A DNA stretch of 64,000 nucleotides from a virus. The stretch is taken from positions 1-64,000 of IMG/VR virus record IMGVR_UViG_3300045116_000678. One strand, 5' to 3'. The position numbers and the translations under genes are program-made. Below are positions 19,047 to 28,893 of this stretch, one piece after another. Below the pieces are notes generated by a model. It was not told the DNA's origin. It searched no databases and saw only the letters and a list, made by a program, of their open reading frames with translations. Every line of letters starts with the position of its first letter. The stretch's first letter is position 1.

Positions 19047-19661
19047 ATGAGCACGTCGTTTGAGGACCTTGAACGCCGACCAGCGGCTGCAGTGCCCGCA
19101 CCGACCCTTCGCTTGGGCCGGCACGTGGTCGGGATGGCGTTCGCCGCCTTGGCCAACCCCATGCTGTACTTCGACAGCCGGCCGGTTTACCTGTGGGTCG
19201 CAACTTGGCTAGTCCCAGCGGTGGGCGCTGCATGCATCTTCGGGCTGCTCGCACTGTTCTTCACAGAGCGAGCGCGCCGATCCTGGCCCGGAAGCGCCAT
19301 CATGTTGGCCTGGGTGCTGCTGGTCCTGCTACTTGTGGGCAACGGGATGAACTTCCGACAGATGCAGCAGGACGCAGCCGCGGCGCGCACGGCCGCGGGG
19401 CTGAAACCTTTCACAGGGACCTTAGACACACCGCCAGCCCTAGCCGTGGCGCCACCTGCGCCTGCGGTCGACCCTGCCACTGCGGAGCACTACAAGCGCA
19501 TCTATGCCGCGCACCCGGACGCGAACGCTATTTCGGAGTCGCCGATGTTCCGTGCCTGGCTGGCTCGGAACTCCGATCGACAGAAAATATTCGATCAAGG
19601 ATCCACCGAAGCGGTGATTGCCGTCTTCAGCGCCTACAAAGCCTCTGCCGGTCGCGATTAG
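19047..19661 (+). CDS. 3-TM membrane protein fused to a scaffold-protein-like C-terminal domain (moron)
   Basis: GGAG SD; 3 hydrophobic segments; C-terminal 56 aa align with scaffold residues encoded at 31509-31691. Confidence 0.8.
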   Translation: MSTSFEDLERRPAAAVPAPTLRLGRHVVGMAFAALANPMLYFDSRPVYLWVATWLVPAVGAACIFGLLALFFTERARRSWPGSAIMLAWVLLVLLLVGNGMNFRQMQQDAAAARTAAGLKPFTGTLDTPPALAVAPPAPAVDPATAEHYKRIYAAHPDANAISESPMFRAWLARNSDRQKIFDQGSTEAVIAVFSAYKASAGRD

Positions 19662-21610
19662 GTCACGCCGGCGCGCTTTGCAGATCCGGGACCGAACTTG
19701 CTTTCGAACTCCGCCGCCCGCTTCGGATTGCTCTTGAGCGAGGCGATGGCTTCAGCGTTTGGCACCGGCCACTGTTGCGGCGCCTGGTCCACTCGCTGCA
19801 CGTCCCCCGTCTGCTTGTTGTACCGGTAGACGCTGCCCTCGGTCGTGCTGCCGTCGGCGTTCTTCACCGCCGGCGTCACCTGCACGCCCCACTCCGACGG
19901 CGAGGACTTGCCCTGGATGGCCAGCAGCGCCGTCTGCGCGCGCGTGCGATCGGCCACCGAGGCCTTTGGGTCGAGCACCGTACGACGAAGCGACGCTTCA
20001 TCCTGGGCCGCCGCGACCTGCGTGTCGCGCACCCGATTCTGGCCAGCGACCTCGTCGCGCCGGATCGCGTTGCTCTCGGCTGCGCGTCGATCCTCGGCGG
20101 CCACGCGCTGCGTTTGCAACTGCGCCTGCTGCTGAGCGGCGATGGCATCGCGCTGGGCCTGCGTCCGGAAGCCCAGATCGGCCCGCTGCGTCTCAGCCGC
20201 CTGTCGCCCCGCTTCCATATCCGCTGCCGCTCGTGTCTGCACCGGCAGCGCCGCGGCGGCAATCGCGCCCTGGTCTGACGAGAAGCCGCGGCGAGGCGAG
20301 AAGGCGCCGCGCGCCGCGGCAGTGCGCATCGCGGCGCCGTCGAACATCGCCTGCGCAGCATCGGGCCCGGGGTTGCCGATCACCGACATGCCGCCAGGCT
20401 GGAACCCGAGTCCGCCGCCGGTGGCGCTGCGCGCCGCCAGCGTGTTCGCCGCGGCCATGTTCTGCGCGCTCACGGCGCCGCCCGGGCGAAAGCCTCGTGC
20501 CGCCTCCGGAGAATCGCCGTAGCTGTTGCCCGACCGAAACACACCGGGTGCTACTTCAGCAGCAGTTGCCGGTGCAGCGGCTGCCGGCGCTGCAGCGACG
20601 GCGGGCGTTGCGGCCGCACTCTGCGCCGGGGCGGCCATAGGAGCCGCAGCGCGGGGCGCAGCGGTCGCGGCAGCTGCAACGGCTGGTGCCGCAGCAGGCG
20701 CCGCGGTTTGCGCCGCGGCCGGGTCGAAGCCGAGGCCGAGGCCGGCACCAGAACGCTGCTGGTCCATGAACGGCGTCAGCGAGGTGGGGTCGGCGCCCGC
20801 AGGTACGAGCTTGGGCGCCAACGGCGCGGCATCGATGCCGGCGGCGCGCATGCCGCGCACGACGCTCTGGTCGTAGGCGTTCGCGGCGATACGCGCCGGG
20901 TAGGTGGTGGCATCCAGGATCCCTCGCCCCACCTTTTCGTTGAAACCCTTGGCGGTGTCCCATGCGGCGCCCACGGCCGCGCGATCGGCGCGCACCTGTG
21001 GATCCGCATCCACGGGCGACGGTGCTGGGGCCGGTGCTGGCGCACCCATCGGTGCCGAGGCATACGGGCTGGGCGAGGGCTGCCGGTTGCCCGGGAAGGC
21101 GTTGTCCATGGTTGGGCCGGCGGCGACGCGCTGCGGCGCAGGCGCGGGGGATGGTGTGGCAATCTGCGTCGTGCCGGGCGTGCTGGCCGCTGCAGCGGCA
21201 TCGCCGAAGGCGTTCGGGCGCTTGCGCTCGTCGTCGACCAGCCCGCCGTTGGCGAAGAACAGCTCCGGGTTGAAGCCCATTGGCCCGGCCACTGGCGTGT
21301 GCGTGGCGTCCTTGGCAGCATCCAGCGCCTGCACGCCGATGGCGTGGACCTGCTCCGGCGGGATCTCGAACTCGCCGTTGCTCAGGTGCACGTCGACCTT
21401 GCCTCCCTTCGGTCGAAACCCGCGCGCGCCGCCATTGCCAGCGCGCCGGAGGGCGTCATCGCCAATCTGCTCCGTGGAGTCAGCGGGCATGATGTAGCTG
21501 CCCTGCCGGACAGGCTTCTCGATGTCGTCCGATGTGCCACTGCCGGGACCGCGAACAGGGCCGCCATCGGCGTAGCGGTTCTTGGAGTGTTGAGGATGGA
21601 ACCCGAGCAT
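19658..21610 (-). CDS. Internal virion/ejection protein
   Basis: ATG 21610 with AAGGA SD; YADGGPVRGPGSGTSDDI motif; Ala/Pro-rich; upstream of the giant ejection gene. Confidence 0.7.
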   Translation of the reverse strand: MLGFHPQHSKNRYADGGPVRGPGSGTSDDIEKPVRQGSYIMPADSTEQIGDDALRRAGNGGARGFRPKGGKVDVHLSNGEFEIPPEQVHAIGVQALDAAKDATHTPVAGPMGFNPELFFANGGLVDDERKRPNAFGDAAAAASTPGTTQIATPSPAPAPQRVAAGPTMDNAFPGNRQPSPSPYASAPMGAPAPAPAPSPVDADPQVRADRAAVGAAWDTAKGFNEKVGRGILDATTYPARIAANAYDQSVVRGMRAAGIDAAPLAPKLVPAGADPTSLTPFMDQQRSGAGLGLGFDPAAAQTAAPAAAPAVAAAATAAPRAAAPMAAPAQSAAATPAVAAAPAAAAPATAAEVAPGVFRSGNSYGDSPEAARGFRPGGAVSAQNMAAANTLAARSATGGGLGFQPGGMSVIGNPGPDAAQAMFDGAAMRTAAARGAFSPRRGFSSDQGAIAAAALPVQTRAAADMEAGRQAAETQRADLGFRTQAQRDAIAAQQQAQLQTQRVAAEDRRAAESNAIRRDEVAGQNRVRDTQVAAAQDEASLRRTVLDPKASVADRTRAQTALLAIQGKSSPSEWGVQVTPAVKNADGSTTEGSVYRYNKQTGDVQRVDQAPQQWPVPNAEAIASLKSNPKRAAEFESKFGPGSAKRAGVT

Positions 21611-21652
21611 GTTGTTTCCTTCGGCGGACGAAGTCCGCCCAGACTGAGCCCC

Positions 21653-21693
21653 ATCTTGGACTGTGGGCCTCAGGGGGGCGAACCCTAGAGGGG
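21653..21693 (-). promoter_or_regulatory. Late promoter copy 3
   Basis: Motif 21680-21693; -10 CAAGAT 21653-21658. Confidence 0.75.
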
Positions 21694-21695
21694 TG

Positions 21696-22721
21696 TCAGA
21701 GGCTGCTGCTGTCGTTACCGCTGATGGAAGCGCCGGCGCCAATGCCGTTCAGCGAGGCCGCCGCGGCGTCCGCAACCATCTTGGCGTGCGCGAGGGCCGC
21801 ATTCACGCGCTCGGTCAGCGTCTTGAGCTCGGCATCGAGGTTGGACCGCGAAGCGTCCAGCTTCAGCTGCGCATCGGTGATGGCAAGCCGCACTTTCGGC
21901 TCCAGCGCGGCCACCTCGGCTTGATACATCGCCGTGAGGCTGCGCGCGAGGTCGGTTTTCAGACCCACCAGGCCCGTCGCCAGCTGCATGGCAGTCTGTG
22001 GGCCCAGCACCAGCGTGCGGATGTAGTCGCCGGCGGCCGAGATGGCGCGCAGTCGAAGCTCGAGCACCTGCTGCACCGCGAACCGGGTGTTCTCCAGCTC
22101 GGCGCGGAAGGCGTTGATGGCGATGTCGCGGCTTTGCCCGGCCAGCTGGCGGCTGGCGTCGAGCCTGATGCCCTGCACGGCGCCTACCAGCGCACCAGGT
22201 GGAAGCGGGAAGCCGCGGTTGGCCCACGTGGCCATGGCCTCCGCCTCAGCCTGCGCGCTTTGCGCCAGGAAGCGGGCCTTGTCGCGCTCCCAGATCTGCC
22301 GCTCCACCTCGGCGTCGACGCCGGTGCCGCCGTCGATCGCGCGCTCCAGCCACGCCAGCGCCTTGTCCCAGAACGGCCCGGTGGGGAAGTTCTGCGACAG
22401 GAAGTCCTTGAAGCCCTGCTCGATCAGGTTCCCGATCTGCGCGTAGGCCTCGTCGTAGATCTCACGACCCTCTTCCGGGTCGGTGAGCGGCAGGTCGGGC
22501 TTCTCGGGCGGCAGATAGGAGGTATCCAGCACCGGCCCGGTGAGCTGCGGGGCATCCTCGGCCTCGGCCGCCGCGGCGTTGATGGCCGCGATCGCGTTGG
22601 TGAACCAGTTTTGCGCGTTCTCCCACTTGGCGTTGATGATGTAGGCGACGGTCGTTGGCGCTCCGACCCCGCCGCCTGGCTCGGGTACGGGGACGATGCC
22701 GCCAGGGGGTACGGTTGCCAT
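21696..22721 (-). CDS. Virion protein (helical; putative ejection/core protein)
   Basis: 341 aa in late operon; WANRGFPLPPG motif. Confidence 0.7.
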   Translation of the reverse strand: MATVPPGGIVPVPEPGGGVGAPTTVAYIINAKWENAQNWFTNAIAAINAAAAEAEDAPQLTGPVLDTSYLPPEKPDLPLTDPEEGREIYDEAYAQIGNLIEQGFKDFLSQNFPTGPFWDKALAWLERAIDGGTGVDAEVERQIWERDKARFLAQSAQAEAEAMATWANRGFPLPPGALVGAVQGIRLDASRQLAGQSRDIAINAFRAELENTRFAVQQVLELRLRAISAAGDYIRTLVLGPQTAMQLATGLVGLKTDLARSLTAMYQAEVAALEPKVRLAITDAQLKLDASRSNLDAELKTLTERVNAALAHAKMVADAAAASLNGIGAGASISGNDSSSL

Positions 22722-22722
22722 G

Positions 22723-24198
22723 TCAAATTCTCCGGGTCAGGGCGAGCGGCAGGAAGTCGAGGCTGTCCACCTCGAATCGTGCGCCGTGTTCGTTGCTCAG
22801 TTGCAGGGTGGCGTAGTTGGGCCGCAGGCCCTTGCCGAGGGTGATGCGCTGCTGCGCCATGTGCTCGCTGTAGCTGCGCGTGCGGTAGGTGTACGCCCGG
22901 CCCTCGCAGAGGATCCGCAGCAGCATGTGACCGGAGCCGGACACGCCCAGATAGGCCTGCCCCACCGTCATCTTGTTGCCCTTGGCGAGCGCGCGCTCTC
23001 CGAGGTCGACCACTGCGCGGATCTCCGCGCCGGCGTCCGTGTCGCCGCCCAGTTCGTGCAGGCCGGCCGTCGACGCGCCGAAGTAGCGCCCGCCGATGTT
23101 CGCCATGCTGGCAAACGGGAAGCGCGCGTAGGTGGTCGAGCCGAAGCCGTCGAGGTTCACCGCCCAGGCATCGCCGCCAGCGCCATCGCCTTCACCGGCG
23201 CCCCAGTCCGGATCGTCTTCGTGACCTTCGCCCGGATCGGTGCCTACCGCTGCCCTGGGCTCGATCGTGAACTCGAGGTCCAGATCCAGCAGCATGCGTG
23301 TGAAGGTTTCCAGCTGCGGGATGAGGCTGAAGTCGAGGTCGAGGTCCAGCCGCAGGCCCGGGTCCAGCGCGAGCGTGAAGTCCAGGTCCAGGTCGAGCGT
23401 CAGCGACTCCAGCAGCATCGGGCCGCCGTCCGGGTTTTCAGGTGCCGGCGGCACGGTGTTCTGCGTGAGCACCGGGTCGAACACCTCGTCGTCGGCCGAG
23501 TAGAGCGAGGCCTCCAGCCACAGCGCGGCCGGCAGGCTCGCGATGGTGGCCGTGTGCACGGTCGCGCCGTCCATCTTCCACGTGACGACGTCGCCCGTGC
23601 GCTCGATGCGGAACACGGTCGCATCGGTGTAGGGGCCGCCCGGCGCCACATAGGAGCCGCTGCGGTAGACGCGAGCGGTACCGGCCTGGCAGAGGAATGC
23701 CACGTCGACGTTGTTCGCCGGGTAGAGGCCCGCGCCAGCGTCCGGCGCGTTCATGCCGACCATGGCGCCGGCATTGCTCGCCCTGGCCTTGAACTCGGCC
23801 ACGAAGTCGCCCACCACCACGGCCGAAGACCGTGCGCCGGCGTTCCAGCCGAGGTTGCGACCGGGCACCGCCACCGTCTGCACGATCGTGCGTGGCGGGA
23901 TGGCAGGGGTGGGCGGCACCGGAGGCACCCACACGCTGTAGGTCTCGGTGCTGCACACCCACGTGCTCGTGGCGCCGCCGCCGCCATCGGGCACCCAGAC
24001 CTGCCGAGTCCTGGGGCCGAGGGGCGTTTCCTCCGTCACCGCGACATAGCGGCCGGAGGTGTTGTACCGCAGGCCGCACACCTGCTGCGTGCGTGTCTCG
24101 TAGTGGCCGGCGACGCCCGGCGAGCCCGGGACGCCCGGGTCCGCCACGGTCTGCGTGACGAGCTCGAGGACCGGTTTCTTGAAGAGGCTGTTAGTCAT
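22723..24198 (-). CDS. Virion tail protein
   Basis: 491 aa, coupled in late operon; LDLDLDF repeats. Confidence 0.7.
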   Translation of the reverse strand: MTNSLFKKPVLELVTQTVADPGVPGSPGVAGHYETRTQQVCGLRYNTSGRYVAVTEETPLGPRTRQVWVPDGGGGATSTWVCSTETYSVWVPPVPPTPAIPPRTIVQTVAVPGRNLGWNAGARSSAVVVGDFVAEFKARASNAGAMVGMNAPDAGAGLYPANNVDVAFLCQAGTARVYRSGSYVAPGGPYTDATVFRIERTGDVVTWKMDGATVHTATIASLPAALWLEASLYSADDEVFDPVLTQNTVPPAPENPDGGPMLLESLTLDLDLDFTLALDPGLRLDLDLDFSLIPQLETFTRMLLDLDLEFTIEPRAAVGTDPGEGHEDDPDWGAGEGDGAGGDAWAVNLDGFGSTTYARFPFASMANIGGRYFGASTAGLHELGGDTDAGAEIRAVVDLGERALAKGNKMTVGQAYLGVSGSGHMLLRILCEGRAYTYRTRSYSEHMAQQRITLGKGLRPNYATLQLSNEHGARFEVDSLDFLPLALTRRI

Positions 24199-25927
24199 GG
24201 GCGATCCTGCAATCGGTCAGCCAGGGCGTGGCGGGATAGGCCGACTGCAGCACGCCGTTGAGCTCTACAGCGGCCAGCTCGGCGAGGTGCGCCGGCAGGT
24301 GCCCCGGAGGCTGCTCCATCAGGTCGTCGCCTATGACGCCCCACTCCTCCCAGGTCTCGCCCTTGTCGATCGAGCGCCAGAGGGTCGCGGTGTTCTCGTC
24401 GTAGACCGTCACGGCCAGGGTGCGCGGCGAGATGGCCATGATCGGCCCGCACCGGAATTCGGGGGCCGGCAGCGTGCCGCGCAGCGTCAGCGTGGCGCCG
24501 TCGGTGGTGCTGTAGATGGTCGCCGGCGTGTTGTAGGCGTCGGTGGCGCTGCGCCGCACCAGCAGCACCTCGCCCTCCAGCGCCAGCAGCTGCTTGATGA
24601 GGACGGCGCCGAAGTAGGTGCTGGTGCCTTCGTCCAGCGTCGACGTGGCGCTCATCACCCCGTCCGTGCCCACCGTGCCGAGCTTCACGCGCCAGCGCCA
24701 GGTCGTGGCCGACGTCGGGTACGGCACTTCGACCAGCACCACCGACAGCGCGCGCGACAGCGGCGCGGCCCACACGTTGACCGGCTGCAGCTTCGGGTCG
24801 TAGCTCAGGAACACGACGTCATCCTGGTCCAGCGCATGGTGGCTCACCGCGTAGTAGCTGTAGTCGGTGAGCGTCGACTCCAGGTCGGCCAGCTCGGCCG
24901 CCATGATCGGTGCCCCCACCGCGGCCCAGGTCGCGCCGCCATCGGTGCTCTGCGAGACGATGGCCATGGGCTTCTTGGGCATGTCCTCCCACCCGGCCAT
25001 GTCCGGGTCGATCGGCTCGTCGTCGCCGTGGTCCGTGTTGGGCACGAACTTCAGCGGGTAGAGGAACGTGTCCAGCTTCAGGATCCGCCCGGGCGCGAGC
25101 GTGCACAGCGTGGTGCCCAGCGGGTAGCTGTCCTCCACGACCACCGGCGCGCCGTCCGAGGTCTCCCACTCCGGCGGCATGCTGCCGGGCACGTAGCGGA
25201 TGCAGGTGAAGGCATTGACGGCCTGGTCGCCGTCCATCTTCAGGTGCGAGACGCCCGCATACCAGCGCGGCGCGCCGCCGTCGTCCAGGTAGCCGGGCGG
25301 CAGCACGCGCACCGCGCCGCGCTTGTTGCTCACGGGCTCCTGGATGTAGTGGTCCACATACTCGGGCACGGTCGGCTCGGTGTCGTAGTGGATGAAGGAC
25401 GGCCGCACGTTCTCGATGTCCAGCACCTGGTAGCCGAAGGAGCCGTTGGTGCCGTTGCGCGTCACGGCAATCGCCACCTTGTCGAGCCACCAGCGCAGCG
25501 CATAGGCATCGGTGAAATTGATCGACAGGCCCTCGGGCGTGTAGCCCACGAAGTCGTTCACCTCGTCGCCGTAGGTCAGCGCATAGGCGATGCCACCCGT
25601 GCTGCTGGCCAGAAACTGCCGCGCGTCATCTTGCGTCGACGCTGGGCCGGCCGGGCCGACCTTGAACCATCGGCGGCCGTCCACAGAGCCAAAGACCCAC
25701 TCTTCGCCGGTGGTGAGGTAGCCCAGCAGGTACAGGCGCGTCAGGCGCTCCTGCTTGCGGCGCACGTTCACGAAGAGGCCGTCGCGCGACACCTCCCACA
25801 CCTGGTCCGGTGTGCGCTTCTTCTGCCAGTCGCCGCCTGGGCTGCGGTGCATGAAGGCGGCATAGCCGGCGGCCTCGCCACTGCAGAAGCCCTCGCGATA
25901 GCGCGTGGGGAAACTCGGCTCGGCCAT
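24191..25927 (-). CDS. Virion tail protein with Asp-box (BNR-like) repeats
   Basis: ATG 25927 (TGATG overlap); STDGGATW and SIDKGETW repeats. Confidence 0.7.
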   Translation of the reverse strand: MAEPSFPTRYREGFCSGEAAGYAAFMHRSPGGDWQKKRTPDQVWEVSRDGLFVNVRRKQERLTRLYLLGYLTTGEEWVFGSVDGRRWFKVGPAGPASTQDDARQFLASSTGGIAYALTYGDEVNDFVGYTPEGLSINFTDAYALRWWLDKVAIAVTRNGTNGSFGYQVLDIENVRPSFIHYDTEPTVPEYVDHYIQEPVSNKRGAVRVLPPGYLDDGGAPRWYAGVSHLKMDGDQAVNAFTCIRYVPGSMPPEWETSDGAPVVVEDSYPLGTTLCTLAPGRILKLDTFLYPLKFVPNTDHGDDEPIDPDMAGWEDMPKKPMAIVSQSTDGGATWAAVGAPIMAAELADLESTLTDYSYYAVSHHALDQDDVVFLSYDPKLQPVNVWAAPLSRALSVVLVEVPYPTSATTWRWRVKLGTVGTDGVMSATSTLDEGTSTYFGAVLIKQLLALEGEVLLVRRSATDAYNTPATIYSTTDGATLTLRGTLPAPEFRCGPIMAISPRTLAVTVYDENTATLWRSIDKGETWEEWGVIGDDLMEQPPGHLPAHLAELAAVELNGVLQSAYPATPWLTDCRIAHD

Positions 25928-26505
25928 CAGACCACCTCGCGCGCGTCCCTGAACGCGGTCCAGAAGGGCTGCGGCACTGCGCCGGGCACGACGTCGAGGC
26001 TGAGCAACAGATTGCTGGTGATGGACGTGTCTACGAGGTTCTGGATGCGCAGCTCCAGCGTCACGGCCACCTCCGTGGCGCCGGTGTAGTCGGGAGCCGC
26101 GGCCGTGCCCGAAGCGATGGTCGTGCCATTCCGCTTCTTGGTGAAGGCCCCTGTGAAGAGGTCCATTTCGAAGAGAAGGTGCCCATCGGCCCCGAAACCG
26201 AAGGGGTCGATGTCGATCTGGTATTCCCATCCCGTGCTCAACACCACCTTGGCCTGGATGTAGTCCTGCGGCGAACCGCCGATGCTTGCCACATCCATTT
26301 CCAGCACGAACGCGCCCGGCGGAGACGGAACCGTCGCCGTGAAGTAGCACATCGACGGCGAGTTGAATGTGCTGTTGTAGAGGCCGCTCGCGCCGCGCTT
26401 GAGGCTGCTCGATCCTGCCCAGTTCGTGGCGGGCGCACCGGCGGACCCCAGCGCGGTGCCGGCCAGGGCCTGCCCGCTGCCGGTGAGTGCGTCGGTGAAA
26501 TCCAT
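25927..26505 (-). CDS. Virion structural protein
   Basis: 192 aa in late operon. Confidence 0.65.
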   Translation of the reverse strand: MDFTDALTGSGQALAGTALGSAGAPATNWAGSSSLKRGASGLYNSTFNSPSMCYFTATVPSPPGAFVLEMDVASIGGSPQDYIQAKVVLSTGWEYQIDIDPFGFGADGHLLFEMDLFTGAFTKKRNGTTIASGTAAAPDYTGATEVAVTLELRIQNLVDTSITSNLLLSLDVVPGAVPQPFWTAFRDAREVV

Positions 26506-26509
26506 GGGC

Positions 26510-26920
26510 TTAGGCTTCGTTCACCAGGTTGAACACCTGAGCCGCGTACAGGCCCATGCTCTCGCCGGCCTCCACAGTGCGCGGGTTCGGGAAGCGCACC
26601 GCCACCATGTTCTTGCCGCCGGTGCCGGCCTTCACGTTGCTGCTGATGAGGAACGCACCGTAGAGTGTCTTGTTGGCCGTGAACGTCCAGGTGGACAGGC
26701 CTGCAGCGTTGTCCTGGGCGCCGCCGGCGGGCGCCCCGAAGACTGCCTGCGGCCGGTTGGCCTGCGAAAAGCTCGTGCACTCGGTGGCCAGCGCGGCAAT
26801 GTTGGCCGCGGTCTCGGCACCATTGGGCGTGTAGTCGCCCTCGAACAGGCCGATGTACCAGCTTTGGCCGAGGAAGACGGTCTGCAGGATGTGGTTGGCG
26901 CCTTCGATGCTGGGCTTCAT
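26510..26920 (-). CDS. Virion tail protein
   Basis: ATG 26920 with GGAG SD; WYIGLFEGDYTP...TLYGAFLIS. Confidence 0.7.
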   Translation of the reverse strand: MKPSIEGANHILQTVFLGQSWYIGLFEGDYTPNGAETAANIAALATECTSFSQANRPQAVFGAPAGGAQDNAAGLSTWTFTANKTLYGAFLISSNVKAGTGGKNMVAVRFPNPRTVEAGESMGLYAAQVFNLVNEA

Positions 26921-26922
26921 GG

Positions 26923-28140
26923 TCAGTTCTCCGTGATGAGCGGCCGGCGGCGCGCTTGGGTGGTCAAGGGCTGCACGCCCTGGCGGGTGTAGATGACGTG
27001 GGACATGCCATCCCAGTCGCGAAAGAGGCACGCAGCGCGCGCCGCGTCGGCGAAGCGCACGGCGTCGTCTTGCACCGCCGTGGCGGTGCCGTCGCTGGCC
27101 CCGATCACCAGGCCCTTTGGCGACACCCAACAGACCTGCGTTTCGTCCGGGCTGCGCGCGCCGGATCCGGCCACGCCACCGAAGGGCAGGACGGGTACCG
27201 CCTGCGTGCCCATCAGGTCGCCCGCGAGCCAGTAGGTCTGGTCGGCGCACACGAACACGCCTCCGACGCACGGCTCCATGACGGTGATCGGGCCCGGCAG
27301 CGGGATGAAGCTCTGCGCAGGGTTGTAGAGCCCGTACCGGTACGGCTCGCTGAACAGCAGCGTGTTGCCGCGCGCCACCAGCATGCGGCCGTTGTAGTGC
27401 CGCACGATCTGGCCGGCCGGCAGCGGCTGCAGGAGCAGCGTCTCGCACCGTGGGCCCGCGCCTAGGCTGTCGACCGCGAGAGCGTTGCCGATCGGCTCCA
27501 CGCGCGTGAGCACGTCGCCGTTCGGGCCGCTGGCGTAGGTCAGCGTGTCGGCCTGCAGGCCGGTGATGAAGAAGCCGCCGGCCTCGGGCAACACGACGCG
27601 CTGCACCGGTGTGGCGGCGCTTTCGGGATCCTGCGTCAGGCGCGTGAACGCGAACAGGTACTGGCCGGCTGCCATCGTGCCCTCGCCAGGGCGCGCGGAG
27701 ACGTTGGGTACCGGATTGGGCGCGGGTGCAGCCGGCATGCGGTCCTGGCCAGCGCTGATGCGACCGAGCGTCACGCCATCGGTCCAGTAGATGTCGCCCG
27801 TGGGCGCGCGCTCGAAAGACACCGGCTGGCCGCTCATGCCGTAGCGTACGACGGTGCGCTGCAGCGCCGCGCCTGATGTGCGCAGCTGCTCCAGATTGCC
27901 GTCGACCACAGCGTAGCCGTCCGGCTCGCCGTCACCCCAGACCGAGTGCGCCGGCGGCGTCAGGGGCGTGCTGTAGCCCTCCCGCAGACGAAAGAACCCG
28001 CCATGGATGTCGATGTTCTCGCCGATGCGCAGGTAGGTGGCGCTGACGCGACCCTGCAGCGTGACGCCCAGCCGCGTCGCGTCAAGGCGATTGTTGACGC
28101 CAAGGAAGGTGCCGAGCGACAGGAGGGGTTTAGTAGCCAC
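26923..28140 (-). CDS. Tail tubular/nozzle-like protein
   Basis: 405 aa, beta-rich, downstream of the adaptor; GRMLVARGNTLLFSEP. Confidence 0.65.
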   Translation of the reverse strand: MATKPLLSLGTFLGVNNRLDATRLGVTLQGRVSATYLRIGENIDIHGGFFRLREGYSTPLTPPAHSVWGDGEPDGYAVVDGNLEQLRTSGAALQRTVVRYGMSGQPVSFERAPTGDIYWTDGVTLGRISAGQDRMPAAPAPNPVPNVSARPGEGTMAAGQYLFAFTRLTQDPESAATPVQRVVLPEAGGFFITGLQADTLTYASGPNGDVLTRVEPIGNALAVDSLGAGPRCETLLLQPLPAGQIVRHYNGRMLVARGNTLLFSEPYRYGLYNPAQSFIPLPGPITVMEPCVGGVFVCADQTYWLAGDLMGTQAVPVLPFGGVAGSGARSPDETQVCWVSPKGLVIGASDGTATAVQDDAVRFADAARAACLFRDWDGMSHVIYTRQGVQPLTTQARRRPLITEN

Positions 28141-28147
28141 GGCGCCG

Positions 28148-28188
28148 AGTCTCCTGAGCGAACCGCGCGACGTCGAACCCTAGAGGGG
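28148..28188 (-). promoter_or_regulatory. Late promoter copy 4
   Basis: Motif 28175-28188; -10 GAGACT 28148-28153; 7 nt to GTG 28140. Confidence 0.8.
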
Positions 28189-28193
28189 TTGGA

Positions 28194-28892
28194 CTACCAG
28201 CAGCGATTCACATGCGGCTCGTCAGCCCTGCTGTCCTTGCGGAGGTCGGCGTCCGGCCGCAGGCCGAAGTACTGTTCGAACAGGCCCAGCTCCCGCGACG
28301 CCCGCGATGCATCGAGCGTGTCCGCGTCCTGCTTGCTGTACGCGCGATAGAGCGCCCAGTGAACGAGAAACCGGTGATGGACAGGCGCAACCTCGGGCTT
28401 GGCGTTCTTGTTGTCCGCGCTGAACGGCTTCAGCGGCAGCCGAAGGCCTTCGAGGTGCAGAACGTAGTCGCGGCTGATGAGCGCAGGCAGCAGGATCCGC
28501 GAATCTTCCTGGATGAGGTGCCTGGGCGCGTCGCGCTCGGTGCGCCAGTCCGGGTCGATCTCGTTCATGCGATCGAGCGACACCACCTCCAGCACGCAGC
28601 CGCGGCGCTCGGTCGTCACGGGCACCGTCGTGAGGTCGGTCACCCGGAAGAGCTCGGCCCGCGTGATCTCGAAGAAGAGCGTGAACGGGTAGCCGGACTG
28701 GCCGGGCACCACGCGCACCGTGGTGGCGTCGGGCAGGAGGCGCTTGCGGATAGCGGCCTCCTCCTGCGCCTCGGTCAGCCAGCTAGCGACCGCGGTATCC
28801 GACCAGAGGACGTCGTCGGAGCGCCCGGTGACGTCCCGCGCCTGGTCGTCCGAATCCTCGCGGAAGGCCGCGATCAGCTGTTCGAGCGTCAT
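28194..28892 (-). CDS. Head-tail adaptor protein
   Basis: WSD...WLTEAQEEA...HHRFLVHWALYRAYSKQDAD pattern; synteny. Confidence 0.7.
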   Translation of the reverse strand: MTLEQLIAAFREDSDDQARDVTGRSDDVLWSDTAVASWLTEAQEEAAIRKRLLPDATTVRVVPGQSGYPFTLFFEITRAELFRVTDLTTVPVTTERRGCVLEVVSLDRMNEIDPDWRTERDAPRHLIQEDSRILLPALISRDYVLHLEGLRLPLKPFSADNKNAKPEVAPVHHRFLVHWALYRAYSKQDADTLDASRASRELGLFEQYFGLRPDADLRKDSRADEPHVNRCW

Positions 28893-28893
28893 C

